Shown piece by piece: positions 57,418 to 64,000 of a stretch of 64,000 nucleotides of DNA. The stretch covers positions 1 to 64,000 of the IMG/VR virus record IMGVR_UViG_3300020048_000018. One strand, given 5' to 3'. Positions within the stretch are counted from its first letter, which is position 1; each line of letters starts with the position of its first letter. Source of the stretch: a virus. The notes below the pieces were generated by a model, which worked only from the letters and a program-made list of their open reading frames with translations, was not told the DNA's origin and did not search any database. A program made the translations under genes and the position numbers.

Positions 57418-57603
57418 ATGATGGACAATATTCAGGAGTACTACAACTATAATGCGCTGATCTCTGCATTCTTTCTTCTTATCTGGGTTCTTTTGATATC
57501 AATAGCGGGAATTGTTGTTGATAAGCTGGATAAAAAGTATTCTTGGAACCTTGAACAGAAACTTGATTTGTTTGTCTCAAAGTTGATAAAACATGGAAAC
57601 TAA
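57418..57603 (+). CDS. Small membrane protein
   Basis: One TM helix; follows promoter. Confidence 0.65.
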   Translation: MMDNIQEYYNYNALISAFFLLIWVLLISIAGIVVDKLDKKYSWNLEQKLDLFVSKLIKHGN

Positions 57604-57796
57604 GAGGGTAGTAGTTAAAGCCAAGAAGGTTTTCTCCACCAGAATCCAATGTACAGTCAATGGCAAAAGAGTATCTGTTACAGTTTGGGACAATGTGTAT
57701 AATAATACCATTGCCGAGGAACTTGTTAAAAAGTCCTTTGGACCCGGTGCAAAGGACTTGGTTATCTCAAACATCGAATTAGAAAATCATTTTTAG
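57593..57796 (+). CDS. Hypothetical protein
   Basis: ORF track. Confidence 0.6.
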   Translation: METKRVVVKAKKVFSTRIQCTVNGKRVSVTVWDNVYNNTIAEELVKKSFGPGAKDLVISNIELENHF

Positions 57797-57803
57797 AAAA
57801 AAG

Positions 57804-58157
57804 TTGTCAACTTTTATTAAGAAAATCTTAAGCATAAACAATCAACTACGGAGTAATTTAATGGATCATCTTGTGTCAGACCGAATTTTAATAAATGAAG
57901 AACAACTTGCAGAAGCAATCGTGTTCTTTGACAAACACTCAAAGATACATAATGTTCAGGTACTTAAAGCTAACTGGGCAGATACCTCAAAATGCTGTGT
58001 AAAGTTTGTTGCTGACTCAAAGAGGTCTATGCTAAAGTTTATTGAAAGCATAAAACATACGAGTTTTATTGAAAGTATTCCCGATTGGAAATCCATCGGG
58101 TTTTTTGTTATGTCTTTGAGTGAAATCGAAGGCGAACCTTTTTTCGAGGTTAATTAA
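57804..58157 (+). CDS. Hypothetical protein
   Basis: ORF track; the true start may be ATG 57861. Confidence 0.55.
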   Translation: MSTFIKKILSINNQLRSNLMDHLVSDRILINEEQLAEAIVFFDKHSKIHNVQVLKANWADTSKCCVKFVADSKRSMLKFIESIKHTSFIESIPDWKSIGFFVMSLSEIEGEPFFEVN

Positions 58158-58421
58158 ATGAAAAGTGAAAGAGTTGAAAAGCTTATAAAGCAAGTCGATG
58201 AGGGATTTTCACTTACCCATTTGGAAGGACAGTCTCTTGCATTCTATATCAGAACCCTTGAAAAAGAAAAAGCAGATATGAAAACAGATTTCTGGAATGT
58301 AGTTGGAAACTATTGGTACACCTTACGGGGTTGGTTAGGTAAATGTGAACTACTCGAAGTAGAATATAAACAACATGAAAAGTGTTGTAAGGATATTATG
58401 TCAAAGTACAACTTCTTTTGA
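58158..58421 (+). CDS. Hypothetical protein
   Basis: ORF track. Confidence 0.65.
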   Translation: MKSERVEKLIKQVDEGFSLTHLEGQSLAFYIRTLEKEKADMKTDFWNVVGNYWYTLRGWLGKCELLEVEYKQHEKCCKDIMSKYNFF

Positions 58422-58446
58422 AACTATCTTTTAAGGGGGACGAAAA

Positions 58447-59223
58447 ATGAATGAGATTTCAAACATCAACCTGTACAATACCCGAATGGCAAAGTCAATG
58501 CTTGACAAACTATTCTTCCTTGACATGGCAGTCGGAGTGGAAAAAATGCTAGACTTCGGTTGTGCAGATGGAACTCTCCTCCAATATGTAAAGATGTTCT
58601 GCCCCGACATGAAACTCTTTGGATATGATATGTCTGAGGAGATGGTAAAAATTGCAACTGAAAAAAACAGTGATGCAAAGTTTTACTCCAACTTCGAGTT
58701 CTCCCGTGACACTATTTTCCAAGAGGGAAAAGAGAACTCTCTTCTTAATTTGAGTTCAATTATCCATGAGGTATACTCGTATTCCAGTGCAACAGAAATT
58801 GATACTTTCTGGGAAAGGGTTTTTTATTCTGGATTCAAATACATTGCTGTCCGTGACATGATGACAAATGAAACCGCAAATCGAACTACCCCTATGCGAG
58901 ACGAAATGCGAGTGAGAACAAAGAGATCAGTGGAAAAACAGTTGGAAGATTTTGAGAAAATCTTTGGCACCATTGCCAATAATAAAAACTTCCTTCACTT
59001 CCTTTTGAAATACAAATATGTGGAAAACTGGGGTAGGGAACTTTATGAAAACTATCTCCCAATTTCTACAACTCGATTTTTTAAGATGATGCCTGATACA
59101 TATGAGGTAGTATTCTATAGCTCTTACACGCTTCCCTATCTGGCATATACAGTAAAGGAAGATTTTGGAATTGAGCTTGCTGATAATACCCATGTTAAAA
59201 TTCTACTTCGGAGAAAACAGTAG
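58447..59223 (+). CDS. Class I SAM-dependent methyltransferase
   Basis: MLDFGCADG, GYDMSEEMV, LSSIIHEVYSY. Confidence 0.85.
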   Translation: MNEISNINLYNTRMAKSMLDKLFFLDMAVGVEKMLDFGCADGTLLQYVKMFCPDMKLFGYDMSEEMVKIATEKNSDAKFYSNFEFSRDTIFQEGKENSLLNLSSIIHEVYSYSSATEIDTFWERVFYSGFKYIAVRDMMTNETANRTTPMRDEMRVRTKRSVEKQLEDFEKIFGTIANNKNFLHFLLKYKYVENWGRELYENYLPISTTRFFKMMPDTYEVVFYSSYTLPYLAYTVKEDFGIELADNTHVKILLRRKQ

Positions 59224-59276
59224 ACTTACTGCTTTTCAACTAAGATAGTATAATAAAATACTTACTCGGAGGTTGT

Positions 59277-59543
59277 GTGAAATTATATCTTGACCCTGAA
59301 TACCACTCAGTTTCATTAGCAAATAAGTGGTCAATGAAACTTATTCCTTTTTATGAACTTTTAATTATGGAGTTTCTTAAAGAAGTACAAGATTATAGTT
59401 CCAGTATAATAACTAAGAACTCTAAGATAAAACAACTTGAAGAATCAAATGCAAGTTTACGTAATGTAATAAATGAATATGAAAAACTTTGTGTTCTATT
59501 AAAAGGGAATCAGAATGAAACTATTGAAATTACGATTAACTAA
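59277..59543 (+). CDS. Hypothetical coiled-coil protein
   Basis: RBS GGAGG, GTG start. Confidence 0.55.
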   Translation: MKLYLDPEYHSVSLANKWSMKLIPFYELLIMEFLKEVQDYSSSIITKNSKIKQLEESNASLRNVINEYEKLCVLLKGNQNETIEITIN

Positions 59544-59940
59544 AGAGTTTAAAACAAACTTTATTATTCTAAATATATTTTGTATAGCATTACTTACATT
59601 CACAATAATCACAGGAATAAACTCCCTGTCGGTTGTTGATAAGATTTCTTGTGGTCTTTTCTCCCTATTTCCTTTGTACGGAAATATAACTCTCTTTTCT
59701 CGGTATAAGCATAGAAGAATTGATAGAAACAAAGATTTGATTAAAGCTAGAAAATCTGAGGGTAAAATTAAGTTTGATTCGGTGAAACCTGATTCAATAA
59801 AAATAATTGATTCTGGTTTTTTACTTAATTGCACTTATAATAAAATAGAATCCCAAACTCTCTTTAGGTTTATCGATATGATGAATAATGAGGTTTGTAA
59901 TATTGATGGAAAAAAGTTTATTGAGGTTTACAGAAAATGA
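59515..59940 (+). CDS. Membrane protein
   Basis: Two TM helices. Confidence 0.6.
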   Translation: MKLLKLRLTKEFKTNFIILNIFCIALLTFTIITGINSLSVVDKISCGLFSLFPLYGNITLFSRYKHRRIDRNKDLIKARKSEGKIKFDSVKPDSIKIIDSGFLLNCTYNKIESQTLFRFIDMMNNEVCNIDGKKFIEVYRK

Positions 59941-60203
59941 TTGATGAAAAAGAAGTTTACCCTTGGATAAGGGTAGAGGATTCTCTCCCTCTTAAAGATG
60001 AAGTAGTTGATATTTGGTTTGATAACAAAAGATGTACAAATTATAAATATACCAGAGACTATGCAGGACGGACAGGGAATGATTTTTTTGAGCCTACTAT
60101 ATCTGGGTACTCGTGTGTTAGACTTGCAACCCACTGGATGAGGCTCCCTAAACCTCCAATAAAAAAAGAGTGGGAAGCAAAGGAGTCGAAGCTATGGGAT
60201 TAA
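59937..60203 (+). CDS. DUF551-like phage protein
   Basis: WIRVEDSLP...ATHWMRLPKPP. Confidence 0.75.
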   Translation: MIDEKEVYPWIRVEDSLPLKDEVVDIWFDNKRCTNYKYTRDYAGRTGNDFFEPTISGYSCVRLATHWMRLPKPPIKKEWEAKESKLWD

Positions 60204-60391
60204 ATCCAGATAAAGATCATGTAAATAAAATACTTGAAGCTCTGAAAAAGAATGGTGGATACTGTCCCTGTGTGTTCACAAAGTCACCAGACACCATTTG
60301 CAAATGTAAGGAATACAGGGAAACAAAAGTTTGCCACTGTGGTTTATTCATGGATAGATCAGAATGTGAAAACCCTAAAACCGGAGAGTGA
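60194..60391 (+). CDS. Ferredoxin:thioredoxin reductase catalytic-subunit-like miniprotein
   Basis: GYCPC...ICKC...VCHCGLF, resembling the FTR CPC/CPC/CHC motifs. Confidence 0.75.
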   Translation: MGLNPDKDHVNKILEALKKNGGYCPCVFTKSPDTICKCKEYRETKVCHCGLFMDRSECENPKTGE

Positions 60392-60395
60392 ACTT

Positions 60396-60710
60396 ATGAC
60401 TTGTACATTTGAGTACTTTGATGGATCACCTGACAAGAAAGGGATTGGAATTTGTGATATTGAGCATGTTGAACTTCTTAATTCCTTATGGATTTATCTT
60501 CCTCCACCAAACAAACAAGGTGTAAGGACTTTAGTTTCAAGGTCTCATGGGTCACTTAGTGTTAAATCTATAGTTTTGTCCTTTAATGGTGAAAACGTTT
60601 GGAAGCAACTTAGTAATGGAAAAATAGTATCTAAAGGGATATTTCTAAAAAATGGAAACCCTGTTGATATTCGTGTAGAGAATCTTGAAATAAACAATAA
60701 GTTTGACTAG
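60396..60710 (+). CDS. Degenerate HNH-like protein
   Basis: C-terminal FLKNGNPVDIRVENLEI aligns to H.NG..LDNR..NL.. but lacks the His and first Asn. Confidence 0.45.
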   Translation: MTCTFEYFDGSPDKKGIGICDIEHVELLNSLWIYLPPPNKQGVRTLVSRSHGSLSVKSIVLSFNGENVWKQLSNGKIVSKGIFLKNGNPVDIRVENLEINNKFD

Positions 60711-60785
60711 GAATCATGCAATAAAATCCTGAGATTTACAATCGAAAGATTTTAAGAATAAGTCTGCTGTTCCTCTATTTATAGC

Positions 60786-60854
60786 TACGGGAACATTCTT
60801 GAGGGCGGCAGTCTGCAAAACTGTTATTCGTGGGTTCAAATCCCACTTCCGTCT
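60786..60854 (+). tRNA. tRNA-Cys(GCA), degenerate D-arm, no encoded CCA (possible pseudo-tRNA)
   Basis: Anticodon arm GCAGT-CTGCAAA-ACTGT; T-arm GTGGG-TTCAAAT-CCCAC; acceptor ACGGGA/TTCCGT with a 1:72 mismatch. Confidence 0.65.
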
Positions 60855-60870
60855 TTAGAAAAATCGGTAA

Positions 60871-60912
60871 AAAGTTTTGAACTTTTTGAAAATATCCTAT
60901 ATATTATATATG
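60871..60912 (+). promoter_or_regulatory. Conserved phage early promoter, copy 12
   Basis: Consensus match. Confidence 0.8.
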
Positions 60913-60934
60913 TAAGGAAAAAAAGGGGTACAAA

Positions 60935-61093
60935 ATGGAAGATAAAGCCTATTTACTTGAACAGGAAGTTTGTATTATCGTGAATGGTATCGAAAGAAAA
61001 TACTTGGTAGCCAACTTTCATGTAGACAGTAGCTTGGTGAAGCTATTAGAAAACTCAATCCTAAACCTGCAAGGTGTGAAGAGAGTTAAGTAA
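60935..61093 (+). CDS. Small hypothetical protein (52 aa)
   Basis: Manual translation MEDKAYLLE...; follows promoter. Confidence 0.6.
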   Translation: MEDKAYLLEQEVCIIVNGIERKYLVANFHVDSSLVKLLENSILNLQGVKRVK

Positions 61094-61119
61094 ACCAATC
61101 TTTTTAGGAGAAAATAAAA

Positions 61120-61383
61120 ATGAGTAATTGGACAAAAGATATGCCTAAAGAAGAAGGTTGCTTTTGGTTTTTTGGTGAACCTTTTTGGGGTGTAATGAAT
61201 CGCCCCCCAAAAGAATACTTCAAACCAAAAATGTATGTGGTACAAGTGATGTCTTTACCAAATGACTTCATGTATGTTACCGATGGTGCATTCATGAACT
61301 CCAAATGCCATGGTCTTTGGAACACTGAAAAAATTATCCTCCCAGAAAACCCCTCACTCGATCTCCCAGAATCTAATGGCTAA
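61120..61383 (+). CDS. Hypothetical phage protein
   Basis: WTKDMPKEEGCFWF motif; RBS. Confidence 0.7.
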   Translation: MSNWTKDMPKEEGCFWFFGEPFWGVMNRPPKEYFKPKMYVVQVMSLPNDFMYVTDGAFMNSKCHGLWNTEKIILPENPSLDLPESNG

Positions 61384-61396
61384 AAGGAAAAATAAT

Positions 61397-61828
61397 ATGG
61401 AAAAGATTTACAATCTCTCAGAAACCTTCACAAATAGCAAGGGTTTAGAATTCAAGCTAACTCGAATCTACTCAGGAGTCGAAGACTATAAAAAGATAAT
61501 AATTTTCAAGCATACTTCACTTTCTGTTTTGGTAGAAACACCCGACACTCGTTTTGACTCACCCTTATCTACCTTCTGCGAGAATGTTGTAGTTGAAGAT
61601 TTGGTAGAGGAGACAACCTTAAAAAGAATTTCCTTCGACAAGACTGCATATTTCAAAAGGATTAAAACAGCCTGTCCGATATACAAAAAAGGGTTGTTCA
61701 GAAAAATTACAAATTATAAAGTTACTGAGTGGGAATATTACTGGAAAACCGCAAAGGTTAGTTACCTGACAAATAGCTATATCATACAGGAACCTAAAGA
61801 ATACAATCAAACAATCGTGGTAGGATAA
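61397..61828 (+). CDS. Hypothetical protein
   Basis: ATG 61397 follows AAGGA. Confidence 0.65.
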   Translation: MEKIYNLSETFTNSKGLEFKLTRIYSGVEDYKKIIIFKHTSLSVLVETPDTRFDSPLSTFCENVVVEDLVEETTLKRISFDKTAYFKRIKTACPIYKKGLFRKITNYKVTEWEYYWKTAKVSYLTNSYIIQEPKEYNQTIVVG

Positions 61829-61832
61829 TTAC

Positions 61833-62312
61833 ATGACATTACAGGATTTAGAGGAATTAGCTAATAAAAGCGAAGCCTATCTTGAGACAGAAGACTATAT
61901 CGATAATATCAACTCCGACCGGTCACATTACACGAGTTTTGAAAAGGGTAAAATCCCTTTTTGTATCTGTGCAAAAGAAATTGTAAGGGGATATACTGGT
62001 GGAAGCTATCACTCTGATAGTTATTGCCATCCCTTTACTGACAGTGATGCAGAAACTAAAGTTCAATATGATATTGATAATGCCCTAAACCTTGTCCTTG
62101 AGAAGATTTGTTCTACTATTACTTTACTGCAATACAACAGAGTCTACAGGGATTTGATTCAAGAAACTGAGTATACAGAAACTGAGTATTATGGAAATGA
62201 TTCGGTACACTGTATTAAATATTTTGTTTTCGAGGAATTATTCAAAAGACTTTTAACCGAAGGTTTAGTAGAGTATGATTCCTATACAAAGTTTATCGAG
62301 GAGTTCATGTAA
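61833..62312 (+). CDS. Hypothetical protein
   Basis: ORF track. Confidence 0.7.
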   Translation: MTLQDLEELANKSEAYLETEDYIDNINSDRSHYTSFEKGKIPFCICAKEIVRGYTGGSYHSDSYCHPFTDSDAETKVQYDIDNALNLVLEKICSTITLLQYNRVYRDLIQETEYTETEYYGNDSVHCIKYFVFEELFKRLLTEGLVEYDSYTKFIEEFM

Positions 62313-62689
62313 TGAAAGTTTTGTGTATTGTTGGTTTACCTGCTTCTGGAAAAACTACTCTCATAGAAACCCTGAGGACTCCTGATGATTACGTTATTGA
62401 TGATTTTTCTACTTACAAGAAAATGGAAGAAGCCCTAACCTCAGGTCGTGAAAGATTAATTCTTTCTGACCCCTATATGTGCGACCCAGATATATTTCTC
62501 AAGATTGTAGAGTTTCTTAAAAGCTTTAAGTTTGTACATCTTGAGTTTATATTTTTTGAGAATGATGGTGAACAGTGTTTAATTAATGCTAAGAATAGAC
62601 CCGAGAAACAAGTGTCTGGATTCATTAAATATTTAACAAAAGTATATAACCCCCCTCGGGTAGATAAAAAAGTATACAAGGAAGTGTAA
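62312..62689 (+). CDS. Small P-loop kinase / AAA-family protein
   Basis: VGLPASGKTT, VIDDF, CLINAKNRP. Confidence 0.8.
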   Translation: MKVLCIVGLPASGKTTLIETLRTPDDYVIDDFSTYKKMEEALTSGRERLILSDPYMCDPDIFLKIVEFLKSFKFVHLEFIFFENDGEQCLINAKNRPEKQVSGFIKYLTKVYNPPRVDKKVYKEV

Positions 62690-63018
62690 TGAGTTTTTTT
62701 AATTTGACCAAAGTAAAGATGGAACGAAGATTTACATATCTTGACAGTGAGATAACAGATGAAAATCCTGAAATATATCTCAGGACAAAAGAACTCTTGA
62801 AACTTATTTTACCTAAGCTTCATTTTTCCGTGTTCCCTTTTATCGGACTCACTAACGAGGGTCAGGTTATTGCTGAATGGCATAACTCAATGGGGCATTG
62901 CTACAGCTACCTTATGCCAGTCTCGGAGAATGTAATTAATTATAAAATTGTTGACATCGGAAAGAGTATTGTATATCAAACCTTCACTTTGGAAACTATA
63001 GACCAGTTAAAACTTTAA
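62689..63018 (+). CDS. Hypothetical protein
   Basis: ORF track. Confidence 0.6.
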   Translation: MSFFNLTKVKMERRFTYLDSEITDENPEIYLRTKELLKLILPKLHFSVFPFIGLTNEGQVIAEWHNSMGHCYSYLMPVSENVINYKIVDIGKSIVYQTFTLETIDQLKL

Positions 63019-63030
63019 GGAAAAAGAAAA

Positions 63031-63231
63031 TTGAACACCCTCAATGAACTCGATATAGTGAAAAACTTTTTAGATAAGATGCCACAAAGTTATAGAAAAT
63101 ATAATATGAACCGAGTAGTAGTTCATGATATTCTTATGAACAGAACACGAACCGCAGGTAGCACAAGCTGTGACGAAAAATGCTACGAGCTTGGTATTAA
63201 TCCTCATGCATATACCTTAGGAGATACTTAA
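63031..63231 (+). CDS. Hypothetical protein
   Basis: ORF track. Confidence 0.55.
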   Translation: MNTLNELDIVKNFLDKMPQSYRKYNMNRVVVHDILMNRTRTAGSTSCDEKCYELGINPHAYTLGDT

Positions 63232-63232
63232 A

Positions 63233-63391
63233 ATGGATATCAGAAATTGCTGGTTTAGGCATTGTCATGTTTGTGGGGATTCTCAGTGCTCTTTCTTTAT
63301 AAAAAAATATACTCCCTGTGTAACGGGAATTATCACATTAACCTTTGAGGAAATAGATTCCTATCTCGCTTTGACAGGTGGATGGGTTTAA
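63233..63391 (+). CDS. Small Cys-containing protein (52 aa)
   Basis: Manual translation MDIRNCWFRHCHVCG... Confidence 0.45.
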   Translation: MDIRNCWFRHCHVCGDSQCSFFIKKYTPCVTGIITLTFEEIDSYLALTGGWV

Positions 63392-63604
63392 ATGATAACC
63401 AAGAAAAAAAGAAAACCTCGGGGAATTAAATTGAATGGGAGACGGTCACAGAATCTATGTCCCCATTGTTTTTCTTTCCAATGTGACCCTTGCACTATGT
63501 CCAAAAAGTTTTCAGAAAAAATAAGAAAACGATTGGAAGCAGGACTATGTGGTGCGTGTGGACATAACCCCTGCACCTGCAAATCAAGTTTAGATATTAA
63601 ATAG
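63392..63604 (+). CDS. Small basic Cys-rich protein
   Basis: CPHC..C.PC...CGACG...CTC. Confidence 0.6.
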   Translation: MITKKKRKPRGIKLNGRRSQNLCPHCFSFQCDPCTMSKKFSEKIRKRLEAGLCGACGHNPCTCKSSLDIK

Positions 63605-63613
63605 GAAGTTTTT

Positions 63614-64000
63614 ATGGAAATAATTTACTTAGTTTTTCTTTTGTCATTCCTTGTTTTAATTGTATGTGGAATCATGATAGCAGTAGGTTCCTCAGAACTT
63701 AAAGATAATTATTCAAGACACTGTAATTCTATTTTAAAAAGTGAGTACACTTACAGATATGGGGATTTCTCCGACTTCTTATTTCTTATAAGTTATTTTA
63801 GAAAGGAATTAACTGTACAGTCTGTTAGTTCCGAACCATACCTTGCATCAAAAACTTTTGAATTGAGTAAGAATATGTTTTACAAACACTATGTTCGTTA
63901 TGATACCATTATCTTTAATAATATTCACTTTATGTTTATTAATGCTAATGAGTTTGGAGAATATACTTCGTGGTTTTCAAAGTTTTCTAAACTTGAAAAC
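63614..64000 (+). CDS. Membrane-anchored hypothetical protein (partial, runs off window)
   Basis: Open to the window end; N-terminal TM helix. Confidence 0.6.
   Translation, partial: MEIIYLVFLLSFLVLIVCGIMIAVGSSELKDNYSRHCNSILKSEYTYRYGDFSDFLFLISYFRKELTVQSVSSEPYLASKTFELSKNMFYKHYVRYDTIIFNNIHFMFINANEFGEYTSWFSKFSKLEN

Noticed and set aside
60715-60780. Hammerhead ribozyme (CTGAGA...GAAA)
   Set aside because: The core lacks CUGANGA spacing and stems I-III cannot be formed consistently; only short alternative hairpins are present.
24388-60912. CRISPR array from the recurring ~40-bp element
   Set aside because: Copies are kilobases apart, sit before genes in both orientations and have promoter features; there are no regular spacers and no cas genes.
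1-64000. Stop-codon reassignment (as in some jumbo and crAss-like phages)
   Set aside because: Long intact ORFs tile the window under code 11, and TAA, TAG and TGA all end genes at plausible boundaries.

Overview
AT-rich, densely coding segment of a large tailed dsDNA bacteriophage, probably a contractile-tailed myovirus or jumbo phage. It reads in standard genetic code 11 and the host cannot be determined from this window. 1-10.2 kb (minus strand): tail/baseplate block with a partial tail-fibre gene, a Mor-like regulator, a 24-aa-repeat DUF285/BspA adhesin, a gp25-like baseplate protein and two tail-tube-like proteins. 10.2-23 kb (plus): replication block (PD-(D/E)xK nuclease, vWA protein, SSB, DnaC-like loader, DnaB, metallophosphoesterase, EDxHD-type endonuclease) plus probable virion proteins. 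23-26 kb: short minus-strand cluster (N-formylglutamate amidohydrolase, J-domain protein). 26-64 kb (plus): long accessory/early region with rIIA/rIIB, a macrodomain, a CCA-adding enzyme, an LRR protein, a 5'-3' exonuclease, DUF488, an HNH, a phosphoesterase, ThyX, YqeY, a methyltransferase, an FTR-like miniprotein, a degenerate tRNA-Cys and many small ORFs. This region is punctuated by a conserved palindromic sigma70-like promoter (12 copies from 24.4 kb on). The most notable items are (i) an intact phage-borne XpaC-TelA-(PBP2/OmpA fusion)-vWA lipoprotein envelope module and (ii) a ~148-nt tRNA-like RNA with two T-arms between a phage promoter and the CCA-adding enzyme gene. All protein family calls come from motif recognition by eye; no database searches were run.
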